In this document: positions 48,837 to 60,592 of the stretch, piece after piece
How positions within the stretch are numbered: the first letter of the stretch is position 1
How the letters are laid out: every line of letters begins with the position of its first letter
Assembly: GCA_051294905.1 (NCBI GenBank)
Contig: CM119385.1
Coordinates: 2,790,001-2,854,000, forward strand
Length of the DNA stretch: 64,000 bases
Reading direction: 5' to 3'
Origin: Botryllus schlosseri
Lineage: Eukaryota
Position numbers and translations under genes: made by a program
Notes under the pieces: model-generated
What the model was told of the DNA's origin: nothing
Seen by the model: the letters and a program-made list of their open reading frames with translations, nothing else
Databases searched by the model: none

Positions 48837-49926
48837 CAGACCTGGGCAAAGTGCGGCCCGCGAAGCCATTCTGTGCGGCCCGTGAGGTGTTGCTTGGAAT
48901 TCAAAACAATAAACTTGCATTTTGAATGACTAAAACTATAGGCTGTATCAAATGAACAGGAAAGTCGTTTACTTTGAAGCCTGTTCATTAATATACCACG
49001 ATTGCGCTGCCTACGTACCTGACATGCGTAATCCAGATTTAAAATGAAGGCAATGTGGCAAAGTATAAGAAGCAATTGATATCACAAAAATCACTCTTTC
49101 CATATAGTTTAGTGCAAACCTTATTGGTTGCCATTGTCACATTACGCATTATATGGCATGTGTTTTAATTTGTTACGTGATATGTTTCCAAATCCCAAAA
49201 CAAGTCAATCAGTGCTTGCGATTACTATACGAGTCATCATATCTATTACCCATAAAGGATGCCATGCCGAAAAAAAGTGAAATTCAAAGAAGGTTTAGAT
49301 TTAGAATTCAGAGCACTAAATATTCGTATACTGGAGTCGCGGGTAAACCTGTCCTTTCGGTTTTTGCCAAGCATGTCGCCGAGATCAAGGATTTTAATTA
49401 AAGTCAGTCTTATGACAAAAACACGAAACACTCGGTCAAGGGAGGGCGAAGCTATGCGCGATACACCCCCAGCTTATAGTTGTTGCCTTGTGTATTGTCC
49501 GACGACATATCACAATTCTGTCATCAACGGCTAGAATCGTCCATGCCATCAAACTATCCGTTGGTTGCACTTTTTAATATTTTGTGATATCATGACAAGG
49601 GGGCGCGAAATTGTTCGCTATCGTTAAGGGAGGCGTGCCTAAAAAAGTTTGAGTACCACTGTTTTAGATTCTTAATAGAGGAACATGGAGCTAAAATGTA
49701 TCATGTTCAACATTGTTTCGAATCATGACAGCAAATAGCTATTTTTAACTGTCACTTTCTCATTACCTAATATATCAACACATTCACTGAGCCCTATTTA
49801 TTAACAATGTAATTTGCAAATAAAAATTAAAATACGCCGGAGAATATAGCTAAAATTTTCACTCAGCCCGCCAACGTATCTATTTTTCTCGTTTGGCCCG
49901 CGGAGGAAAATAATTGCCCACCTCTG
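48837..49926. mobile_element. hAT (Buster/Charlie-type) element containing a nested MITE end at ~49661
   Basis: CAGACCTGGGCAA / TTGCCCACCTCTG termini; perfect TSD ATCTACGC (48829-48836, 49927-49934). Confidence 0.88.
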
Positions 49927-50225
49927 ATCTACGCCTATCGTTTTCCAACTTATTTTCACTGAACATCCCCGCATCAAGCTTAATATTTCCCAATGCCTTC
50001 TAAAAAGCAAAGTCATGAGTAATCTGGTAAATTAACTTTTCCAGAGTACCTAAGTAGCAGTCAACTACTTGTATTCCTTACTGATGCGTTTTTCGTGTTC
50101 AACAGTTTTAACTGATGAATACTGTGTGCTCTGGCATAATTAAGTGAAAATGAAATGGAATGTACTTTGACGATGCATTGCTATGCATAGTCCATAAAGA
50201 GCTTCTTGGAGGTACAGAACTTCAA

Positions 50226-50363
50226 TATACAATTAAATAGTATATTCATATTGAAATGAACCCGAATATTTTCGGCTGACACTCGTGACCCTGACACCCC
50301 TGACGAGTGTCAGCCGAAAATATTCGGGTTCATTTCAATATGAATATACTATTTAATTGTATA
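50226..50363. repeat. Perfect 61-bp inverted repeat with 16-nt loop
   Basis: 50226-50286 is the exact reverse complement of 50303-50363; a related half-arm lies at ~5855-5912. Confidence 0.92.
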
Positions 50364-52309
50364 GTCCATAAAGAAGTTCAATGGGTCATGCATTGCGCGT
50401 TTTTCAATCAGAATTCATGGGTTATCATTAATTAAATATAATTTACATAATGTTGAAGCTTCTGCCTACCCGCCCACATTATAAATCACTGATCCACAAA
50501 CCTCACACTCTTTTAAACTATTCCGTAGGACCGAAGAATGTCCATCCGACCATCGCATTCAATTCTCTGATGGAAAAGTGGACGATTCATTTCGATGGAG
50601 AAGCTGTGAGAGGATTATTTGGTTTTCACCATGCTCTAGCATGACTGATGGCTATTTATTGGGTTTTAAACGTGAAGTTTGCTCGTTAATCATCAAACTC
50701 CTTGAACTTTGTCGCAAATTTTCCCGCCAAGCTTCCAGACGTCAAACCAACTAATGCTGTTCGCACCAAGTTAAACATGATACCCGATGATTAATTGTCG
50801 TATTATGATTTGTGGAGGTCCTGTTTGTGCCCTCTTTGATGACTGCCAGCAGTAATAACTTGTGTTGCGACGCTCAGCATTGGTTTTTCAATTGATCGGT
50901 GCTGCTCTAGTCGTCCTTGGCGATATCAATTCTCAATATATTTGTAATGGTCGTGGCCCAGAGTTTTTGGTCTTTTGATTATATTTTTGGATTGCTCGTA
51001 TTGGCAACCAACTGGCCTAAACCTTATAAGCACCATTGTTCAATTGTTGGCACCAGCACAGCGTGCTCATTACACAATAAAATTTTCAACTTGAACAACA
51101 AACATATATTGTTTGTTTACCTGTAATAATTATGCATCATTATGAATTTGTGACACTGCAAGTTTCCAATATTGTTGATTGTACTTGTATGGAACATTGC
51201 TTTATTTGCTGCTAATATACACTGCTTTTTAATCTGCAGACTGACTACTGATTTTGTGTGTTTAAGGTGAAAGGTCAATGACAATTATTTGTCAGGCTCG
51301 GTTTCTTGCAATCCTGGTCAGTCAGCACAGTTGGGATTTGGCTGAGATGAAAGTTCAATGAAAATTATCAATCAGACTCGGTTTTTTCCAATCCGAGTCA
51401 GGGAGAACTTGGGATTTACCTACTTTTAATGAGGTCGGAAAGTAGTTTCCCGGGTCACAACTCGGGGAATTTTGAACCTAACCTAATGTCGGGATTTACC
51501 GAGGATATTTTTTACAGTGTAGTTTCAAAAAATAGATATCCGCAGTTATCCGAGGTTGTTACTTCAAACTCGCCAAGATGTACCTTCTCGACTTGCAAAA
51601 AAGGACTATTAACAAGAGGTGAATGTTGGTTGCCATATAATTGAGGATGCCGTGATGGTTAAAAAAAGGGGTCCGCGCCGACAAAAAATTGAAAGCCACT
51701 CTACTAAATGTTACTGCTCACATTAGCTGATGACTCAAAATGGTCATCACTTCCACCTGGCCAAGTCCGCATATACATCGGCCTATTTGCTATTTAATGT
51801 CATATGTTGACTGAAAATAAGATCCGCAATGCCCTGTTGCCGGTATATATCATAAGCTGATTACTGAAAGAACATCAATGTGTGTGTGTGTATAGAGTAT
51901 GTTCGACCTGATACTTCTTTCACATAATAATTCATTTCTTTAAGACACCCAACTCCGCGTGTCCTACAATTTGCTTCGATACAATGAAGAGAGACTGGAC
52001 CGTCTGGTTTGATGTTGAAAAGGTGAAGAATATCGAGAGCTTCAATGACGCATTTGCAGTCATGCTAATATTCATTGGATCTTCGAAATGCAGTTTCTGA
52101 TTGTCAAGTCATTTTTCTGGCGCGTTTGCCAGGTGTAAAAGACATCGGTACTGCAGCTTACGCCAAACTGGATCACATTCATGACTAATTTGCAAAAATA
52201 CAGTAATTGGAATGAAGGTGATTTAGTGTTTTGTGAATGCTTAAAGTATGGTTATATGCTGTACCTATAGGGCGTTCCTCGAGGATATCGGGGTAGGATG
52301 AAGTGGAAT

Positions 52310-52440
52310 CCGGATAGGGCAAGGTGGAAAGTTGCCCACCTCATGATGAGGTGGAAAAACAACCACCAGTTAGAATTAGGTAGAAAATTTCCCTCCTCTT
52401 TGAAGGTGATTTTTGAAACACCTTAAATGTGGGCACAGTG
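52310..52440 (+). mobile_element. Right terminus of a CACTG-type CMC element (carrying family A copy 2)
   Basis: Four AGGTG...CC(A/T)CC subterminal repeats, then ...ACAGTG followed by TA; downstream of the last exon of copy 2. Confidence 0.55.
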
Positions 52441-53314
52441 TATGTGTCGTATGTTCTTCGTCCTCAAATTAATTTCAGTAATATTCTTTTGTAATCTAAC
52501 ACGGACAATATACGGATGTGAACCAGATCATATATGATCTTATCGTCGATTATATGCTACAATTCAGTATTGTTTTCTGAAGGAAAGTATCTTCTCATTC
52601 AGATTATTGGAGGCGATGAGGAAAACACTCGGAGAACAAGATGTGCGATTTGAACCTAAACCAGAAGTAACAGTTCCGGGTCATAATGATTTTCCGGCCA
52701 ATATGCGGTTTAACGTGTATGAAGTTTTACGCCCGGTCAGAGGATCCGTCGCCATCTGGAGATCCATCTAAAAGAAATACTCCGAAGAATGGACGCCACG
52801 GAACAAACTTACGAATAATGCATCCGTCGAGCAAGGCAGCCCAAATCAAACAAATGGTATTGTAGAAATAGGTTCCCACTCATCGAACGAATAAGCGTAT
52901 TGGTCATCTACATTACTGAATTCTGCATTAATTCTGCATTTTTTTCCTGTTTAACTAATATCGTAGGAAAAGTAACATCAATATGACTTCATAAAAATAA
53001 AATTATTCAATATGGTAACAGGGAAGGAAAGAGAAATTACACGGCAAGGCTCGCATATTGCATTGGCGAAGACGGGATTTTGAACGTGGAACTTGGTGGA
53101 TCAACGGTGTGGAAGGATGCTCTGAACAGTGCACCTAAGCCACCAAAAAATGACGTGGCGATAATACCTCGCATTTAAAATGGGTAATTTGCAGGATCTT
53201 GAAAACAAGGATATATACGGAATTATAGAAGATATATTTCCGTATTACCAAGGACCAAACAACGGACAATACAAACGGACAATACATGGTATATATTTCT
53301 ATATATACCATGTG
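52441..53314 (+). pseudogene. Family B copy
   Basis: LLEAMRKT..VRFE..MRFNVYEV..LKEILRRMDATE..RNRFPLIERIS and KVTSI*LHKNKIIQYGNREGKRNYTARLAYCIGEDGIL.. match 38342-39329 (-). Confidence 0.75.
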
Positions 53315-53594
53315 TTATTATATTCTTCATTCACAGTAAAACTGGTAAATACACTCATAATCAGGGAAGCAACCCGACCCCAAAGGAAAATGGCGAGATT
53401 TGAGTAGATTTTTAAAATTTCAGTAATACATTCAAATTGTTATCCTACGCAATACATGGAGAAGTCAGATTACAGAATTGCAGCAGATGAAGAATTGGCA
53501 AGGGTTACAGAGCAGAAGTAGAGATGATCGAAGAACAAGAATCGAAATTACACAAATTATGCTGTGATTCACAATGTAATTTTAGTCCACTGGT

Positions 53595-54130
53595 GCATTC
53601 AAGGCCTTCCGAAGAATGTGCACAGTGCCGAATAATGTGATCTTTTGGATCATGTCGAATCGAACGTTACCCGAAATTTGTTGGATATGTCTCATGAGTT
53701 TTTTGCTTATGACCCCGGCCAGTAGCGCCAACGACTATCGGAACAATGTTTATTTTGCATCGCCACATTTTCTCACATTCCATTAGAGATCTGCGTATTT
53801 GAAGTGTTTTTCTGATGTCTTTTGCAATATATTTAATGATCAGCTGGGACAGCCAGTTCAATGAATAAGCATTCTCTTTTTTTTAGTTTGACGATTATAT
53901 CCGGGTGGTTGCTCCTGATTTCGCGGTCAGTTATAACTGGTATACATCCCACAGAATTTTTACTTGTTCGTTTTCTGTCACTGGTGGTGGGCTGTAATCG
54001 TACCAATCTTTTGTCGAAGTGGTGATGTTAAAATGTTTGCATAATTCAAGATGAATGTAGTGACCAATCCTGTTGTGTCTCCATGTGTATTCGGTAGCTG
54101 CAACTGCAACGAGACAGGTGGGCGGAACAC
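53595..54130 (-). mobile_element. R4/Dong-type non-LTR fragment: CCHC tail plus restriction-like endonuclease
   Basis: HLSRC..TEYTWRHN.IGHYIH.ELCK, ENEQVKILWD, TDREIRSNHPDIIV, FIELAVP, KYADL, IVPIVVGATG, IQKITLFGTVHILRKAL across frameshifts. Confidence 0.85.
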
Positions 54131-54189
54131 TTACTCAATAGGTGACTGCGGTAACTCAATAGGTGGCTGCGGTAGTTATAACTAGTTAT

Positions 54190-56925
54190 AAGAGGTATTG
54201 ATGTCTAATATGAAAGGGCATTTCGTGGCATTCAGATTGCAGCGTGCAGATGGGTGTACTGCGCATGGCTCCACGGCAAAGGCGTATAGCCATGTTCTGC
54301 ATTCTGCGTATTTTTTCAACGTAGCGGTTTGGGGCGAAACCATAAGCTGGTAAGTGCGTAATCTGTTACTGAGCGAATGGTAGCTCCTGTTACTGAGCGA
54401 ATGGTAGCTCGGTATATAGGAAGGAGTGACTTTTTGGAGACACACCACGACGTTCCTGTAAGAAGTCGAAGAATACTCAGCCGCTTGGAGAACTTTGAAA
54501 TGATATGGTCGACGTGATGTTTGTAGGATCAGGATGTGTCGAAAACGACTCCAAGATATTTGTACGACTGAACGAATTGAAGCTCCACGCCGCCCACGCT
54601 GAGCGAGAGCGTACTGATTTTACGTTCCCGAGTGAACAAGATGGCGGCAGACTAACTCATCGATACGTTGAATCCCCATTTCGTACACCAATCATGCACG
54701 CGGTTCAGAGATGATTGCGTAGAAGTGAGAAGTGACTCGATGGGTATTCTGCTTTCCCACATCGCGAAATCGTCGGCAAAAAGTGCCTGCTGTTCGCACT
54801 GTACGCTCGACGGAAGGTCGTTGATCATGACATTAAATAAGAGGGGGCTAATTGTACTCTCTTGAGGAGTACCGTTTTCGAGAACATACTTGGATTATGT
54901 ACATCCTATCCTTACTCGAAAAGTCCTTTCTTCTAGAAAGGCTCGAATCCAAGAGAGCATTTTCCCGCATGTGCCTAGTGGCGACTATTTATACAATAGC
55001 CCGTTCCGCGATAGCATATCGTACGCACGTTCAATATCTAAAAACACCGCTATCACTGACCTTTGGCTGTTAATAGACTTATATACCGAGTCGTGTAGTC
55101 GCAAAATATGGTCCAGGGTATTTCTACCCTGTCTAAAACCGCATATCGAGTTGTCAAATAATCCGTTCCGTTTTTCTCTAGATACCATCTCAATCTACTC
55201 GCCACCATTGCTTCCATTACTTTGCAGATGTTACTTGTTGAGAAATTGGCCTGTACGATTCCGGTAATGCTGGGTCCTTTCCCGTTTTTAGTAAAGGGAT
55301 GACCGTTGTATTTTTCCATTCAGGTGGGATAGTACCCTGGTCCCAACTAGCATTATATAAAGAGAGAAGGTGGTTCAAGGCACCAGGGGAAAGATTTTTC
55401 AACATCGGCGCACATACCGTATCCACGCCGGGTGATGTGCTCCGGCGAGAATGTACGGCATCTTTCAGCTCGTCTATTGAAAAGGCGACGTTGTAATCCT
55501 TCTTGGCGTCGGTTTGAAACATTACCGCTTGCATCTCGTCCGCCTCGAAGTTTAATCGGAGTTGCGAGAAATTATCACTGTGATTCTCGTTACTGCTCAC
55601 CGTAGCAAAGTGAAGACCTAGCCGGTCCGCTTTCGATTTATCGTCGAGCATAGTCAAACTGTTTGGAGAAGACGAACTTTATGCGTCGTACGAGCTGCCC
55701 CCAGAAATTGACCGGATTACTCTCCAGACTTTTGATAGGATCGTTTTCCGATCCAATGTTCCGCAAAAGCTTTCCCAACTCACTCGTTTCGCTTGTAGAA
55801 TAGCTCTACGGCACTCCACTCGCATTTTTCTGAAGGATAGAATATCGTGAAGATTGAATGATATTTTCATTTTCACTCGCATTTTTCTTAAGGATAGAAT
55901 ATCGAGAAGATTGAATGATATTTTCATTTTCATGTATTTTCATGTTCATGTAAGCCACCCGTTTACGCCTGATCGCTCGGTTACAAAGATCGTTCCACCA
56001 GGTAACTGGTTTTTTACCGCAGTGTTTTGACCGAGGTATAGACCTTGACGCTGCTGATACGATCGCATGCCTGATACCCTCATTAGATCGTTCCACATCA
56101 TCGGGATAAGTGGATAAGATCTCGGAACCCACGAGTCCGGAAAAGCTATTCCAATCGGCTCTATTTAGATTCCACGAATCTATTGTCACTGAAGTTTTTA
56201 TTGTCCTAACTAACATTGTAAGAAGTGCGTACCACGAAATGATCACTTCCCAGCAATTGATCGGTAAAAGTCAAATTACATTTACTGGCAACATCCGGCG
56301 CAGTGATAGTAAGGTCCAGAATGGACCCCCGTGATCTGGCATTGGATGCGCAGAAGGGACCCCCGTGATCTGGCATTGGATGCTAAGTAAAGACGAGTAG
56401 GTACCGAGGTGTTCAAAAGCACGAGATTATGTTTTCCTATGACATCGTAAAGATGGATACCACGGTTGTTTGTTGTTGGGCCCCAAGATGAGTGGTGTGC
56501 GTTGAAGTCGCCGAACACGATATACTTTGAAGTTAACCCTTCAAGAAACTCCAGGTCACTTGGTTGCAGTTGATAGCTCGGGGATATGTATACGTTACAT
56601 AATTTCAGATCACCCGCCTGTACTGGGATGGCATCGATTTCTGGTGGAGTCCTAATTCGGTGACATGATGAATGCAACGAGTTTGTAACAAAGGTTGCTA
56701 CACCTCCCGAGTGCCCGAGTGCAGGGTTGGGTCTTTCCTATAGAGGGTATAGCCGTTGAATCGCTGAGTATATTCACTGATAAGGTGGGTTTCTTGAATC
56801 AGAATAATATCCGGTGGTGGTCGGAGAGTGGTAAGATAATGTTCAAATTCGGGTAGTTTCCTATAAATTCCACGACAGTTCCATTGTAAGAAAGATATCG
56901 CGGAAGAGCTCTTCAAGAGGTTCAT
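54190..56925 (-). pseudogene. LINE ORF2 (APE endonuclease + reverse transcriptase)
   Basis: FLQWNCRG, QETHL, GDFNAHH.SWG, WNLNRADW, SYRPIS, FLDIERAYD, PQES.ISPLLFNVMINDLP, LFADD motifs; frameshifted. Confidence 0.9.
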
Positions 56926-58397
56926 TGGGGTTCAATGGACATTCCAAGATACTTGGAGGAAGCTTCGCTAACGATGTTGAAAACATCATGATCACAAGAA
57001 CGACAAGTAGATATGGTAATGTTGACTATCTCGGCTATTAGCGCAATGGTAATGTTGACTATCTCGGCTATTAGCGCAAAAAGACGATCGGTGTCGAATT
57101 GCCCTGTACTATTCAAAGGATTTGCGCAGTTTGGCGTTTTCTTAACTGGTGTGTATTGCTGTTGATTGCTGTGTACGTGTCGGAGGTCACCATCGTTAAG
57201 AGCAGGATATGCCGCTTGGTATTTGGATCGCCATTTCCTACTCGTGCGCCGTGTATTCCGTGGTACTGAACCGACGGTCAGGCTTGGCATCGTATCATTC
57301 CCCAAAAGAACAACTTTCTCTGCGAACATTTCTTTTGCTTTTTCGAATGGCACATTGGTCTTTTCTTTTATTGCTAAGATTTTGGCTTCAGCCTTATCTA
57401 CGGGACATCCGCCATACGCTGTGACACTGAAGACAGTTAACACATTTTTTGTCGTTTTGGCATTGCTCATACTCGTGGTCTCGACTACCGCAATTTGTGC
57501 TGCATTTTTTTCCCACGACAGTTGTCGTTGGTGTGCCCGTAATGATTGCACTTGTAACAACGTAATGGCGGTGGTTTGTATGGCCTCCTCCGGAAAGATG
57601 AGTAACCAATCGATACAGAGCGGGGGTACTGTTCTGACTGGAAGTGGAGCAATAGAGACATTGTCTCCACCCTCTTACGTTCACTAGTCATTCTCTTACG
57701 TTCACTAGTCATTCTAGTGAGTCTTTTCACGGAGCTGACCCCGAATTCCGAGAGATCTTTGTTCAATTCATCATCAGTGAACTCTAGTGGAACACCAGAA
57801 ATAACGGCGCGAATGCCGTCAGATCGAGCGGGGTATGGTGACGCCCTGATTTCTATATTTGTTTTACCGTCAGTTATCAAGTTGCTGGTAACCAATTTGG
57901 TAACCTGCTTGCTGTTATTACAGGTTATTAATAAATCACCCGAAGGGAAAACCCGAATGGCTTTGTAGGGACCAATTGTTTTATGAAGCCAAGAATTTAT
58001 CACATTGGGACGATAGTGTTTGAGTTTCCTACCCTCGCCATTTGCGGATAGTACTACCTGTAACGAGGCAACTTTACGAGATTCATTATTGCTGCTAGAA
58101 CTCGGTGAGCTAGCGGTACTGCCTGAGTATGCGAGGTCACGAATAGATGGTGCGCTATATACAGGAACGGAAGGGATAACTTGGGATGTGGCACATATCA
58201 TCGGTTCAGTATTTGCGTCTATAGTATCCGCAACGTCATTCAATGGCACGGTATTGCTAATTTCTCCTGCCTACGGCAAATGATTTCGCCGCTACTTCTG
58301 CACGACCTGGTGAGTCATCACTATCATCGCCATCTGCTGAATTGAACGCTTCTGACGACACGCGCTTACCCGCAGAAGGCGACTTAATTGTGTCCAT
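56922..58397 (-). pseudogene. LINE ORF1 (gag-like nucleic-acid binding protein)
   Basis: PSGDLLI, RAVISGVP, RCYKCNHYGHTNDNC, NCGSRDH, CVNC knuckles; stops and frameshifts. Confidence 0.88.
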
Positions 58398-58592
58398 GAA
58401 CACTATCTACAGGCGGGAAGTAGTTTCTAAACAAGCCTATTATAGAGAACACCGTTGCTGCTTAAACGACCGAGTCCAGCGTACTGTTAACCTGCCAGAA
58501 TTCGTTGATTAGCTCGAGCTACTCTGGAGACGACCGTTCGCGACGACGCCTAATCACGAATGGTACTCATGTGTAATTGTAATCAATGCGTA

Positions 58593-58755
58593 CACTGTAA
58601 ATCTAAAAGGTGGAGATTTCCTCCATTAAAAGTGGTTCACGCTTTTGACCATTTATGGTGGAATGAAAATCCACCCCCATCATGGTGGAAATACCTTCCT
58701 CCCTATAAGGGGGAATACCTTCCTCCCTATATGGGGGAATACCCTCCACCCCAAC
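58593..58755. mobile_element. CACTG terminus of a CMC element (carrying family A copy 3); partner end outside window
   Basis: TA|CACTGTAAA followed by five GGTGGA/GGGGAATACC..CC subterminal repeats; lies downstream of the last exon of copy 3. Confidence 0.65.
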
Positions 58756-58878
58756 CTATCTGTCAGCTGCCACACATCGCTGCGCTATATGCAATACCGA
58801 AAAATACAAATCCAATTGAAAACATACAAGTATGGTATTTCATGCATTTTATTAAGCGAATTCAAACAGCCATTACTG

Positions 58879-59120
58879 TAGGGTTACCATATTACGGAAT
58901 CAAAAAGGAGGACAATTTTACCAATTCAGGAAAGTTAGTTGATCAAGAATGACGGCAGATTTTGCTATTTTTTGCTGGAAAACTTTTGGTGTTGACTGAA
59001 AGTGATGACTCCAGAATTACCATCTTTTTACTTAAATTTAGTGGTGTTGACTAAAATTAAAAGTAGGCACTTACAATCGACTTCCGAATGACCCGCTCGA
59101 GCCTCCGTATGGTAACCCTA
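58879..59120. mobile_element. hAT (Blackjack-like) MITE
   Basis: 13-bp TIR TAGGGTTACCATA; TSD CATTACTG / CATAACTA (6/8). Confidence 0.78.
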
Positions 59121-59921
59121 CATAACTATGATGACAGTTCCATTGTTTATGGCAACATATTGGTAGTCCTCACAACGGAATTTGTCAGCTCTATGCCAGG
59201 CAGCTTTTGCAGGTATATGACGAAATGAAGGTGAGAGTGTGCTTGATAATCTTCTGAAACTTGATGTTAAATATCCAATGAGCTGCGATCAGAAGAGCAA
59301 GTGCTTCATCAAAACTTTCAATGCTTTTTGAGAAGACGAGTCCATCCAAGTGCAGGCTATATTGAGAATTGTAGACCATCGTTGGATATGGAGAGATAGA
59401 AACCTGGAAGATATATAACTATGAAATCTTCGGACTTAAGATCATTATGATATCGAGATAGGTTTAGTACATGGGACAATTTATATTACCAATGCGCAAG
59501 TTATAAACATGACTTTGTGTCACGAAGTGTTGCTCATTTGATTTATACTTTTAAAAATAATCTTGTCAAGTCAGTCTGCTTTGGTCGCGATGAAGTATAT
59601 ATTTCAGTCGCGATGAAGTATGTATTTCAATCTCATGAGCTCCAATCTATTACTAAAGCTATGCGACGCCTGTACCAGGTCTATGAAACTATTTAATTGA
59701 GCAATTTTGACACTTTCTATTGGTAGAAATTGTTGGGGCATATCAGAAATATGGATTGACTCGTGACTCGGTTATGAAACACCGGTCTACCACTATGGTC
59801 ATTTACACCGGGCCGGTATTATTTATTTTTCATTCTGTATTTGCCGACTTGTAGCACGGGTCACTTCTCGGAATTTTGTAAGACACCGCTTACGCGGATG
59901 AGATGGCGAGGTAGAAACCAG

Positions 59922-60364
59922 ACTAGAACTACAATTACTGAATTTTCAAAATCAGCAACTACAACAGTGGTTATCAACCTTTTTGTCTTCTCGGACCCCT
60001 TTTGGACCGTCAAGGACCACGCGGGAGCGTGCAAAAAAAAGACTTTTCTTGAAAATATTTGTATCAGTAGGCTCTTGGCAATTTAGCAATTAAAATGAGT
60101 CTCACAGCTGGATATTTCATATCAGACGGCCATTCTGCTGATGTGAGTTTGGAGTTTTTAATGAAGCGAGACGGCCTCGTGATTTTCCTAATTCAAAAAA
60201 ACAAACACAAATTACGTTATCAACTATGGTATAAATTTAGAGGCTTCGCGGACCCCCTGAAAATGCTTCGTGGACCTCCGGTTGAGAACCACTGAACTAG
60301 AACTACAACTACTGAATTTTCAAAATCAGCAACTAGAACTACAACTATTGAATTTTCAAAATCA
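59922..60364 (+). repeat. 36-bp minisatellite (~3 copies) split by a hAT MITE
   Basis: AACTAGAACTACAACTACTGAATTTTCAAAATCAGC units on both sides of 59965-60294. Confidence 0.8.
59965..60294. mobile_element. hAT (Buster/Charlie-type) MITE
   Basis: CAGTGGTTATCAACC / GGTTGAGAACCACTG; TSD AACTACAA / AACTAGAA (7/8). Confidence 0.85.
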
Positions 60365-60592
60365 AATAAAAATAAACCTTAGTTAGTTTACGATCAACTA
60401 ACTAACTGTTTAGTTTTAACAATGTGTATTATACATAATACATCATCTATCTACGAACAGCTTACCTCTCCAATATGAAGAAAATTGTCATATCTTTCTC
60501 CAAACATGGATGGTGTACCAGCACGCCAATCCACCACTCCATCACCTATAAAGCAGACGCAGGTTATTAGAACCATCGATGATTACTTCTAG

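Larger units (their letters stand above)
45826..52188 (+). pseudogene. Family A copy 2: spliced 'SAMD3-like' CMC accessory gene
   Basis: Exons 45826-46048 (MKLLISYG..YYDKTFDSYVEL..LRLIL, phase 1), 46922-47134 (213 bp, open), 47429-47577, 48336-48415 (80 bp, DWMVYIPTIFKEKYDNFL), 51945-52188 (IESFNDAFAVML..HWIFEMQF, frameshifted); central exons largely lost. Confidence 0.8.
54190..58562 (-). mobile_element. I/Nimb-clade LINE (5-prime complete, decayed)
   Basis: Starts with CATT-type 5-prime end at 58562; ORF1 with CCHC knuckles; ORF2 APE and RT; no RNase H seen. Confidence 0.88.

Noticed and set aside
57166-57687. 173-aa hydrophobic ORF on plus strand
   Set aside because: Antisense shadow of LINE ORF1; no independent support.
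58560-58952. 130-aa proline-rich ORF
   Set aside because: The PPYKGEY repeats derive from the subterminal repeats of the CACTG terminus.
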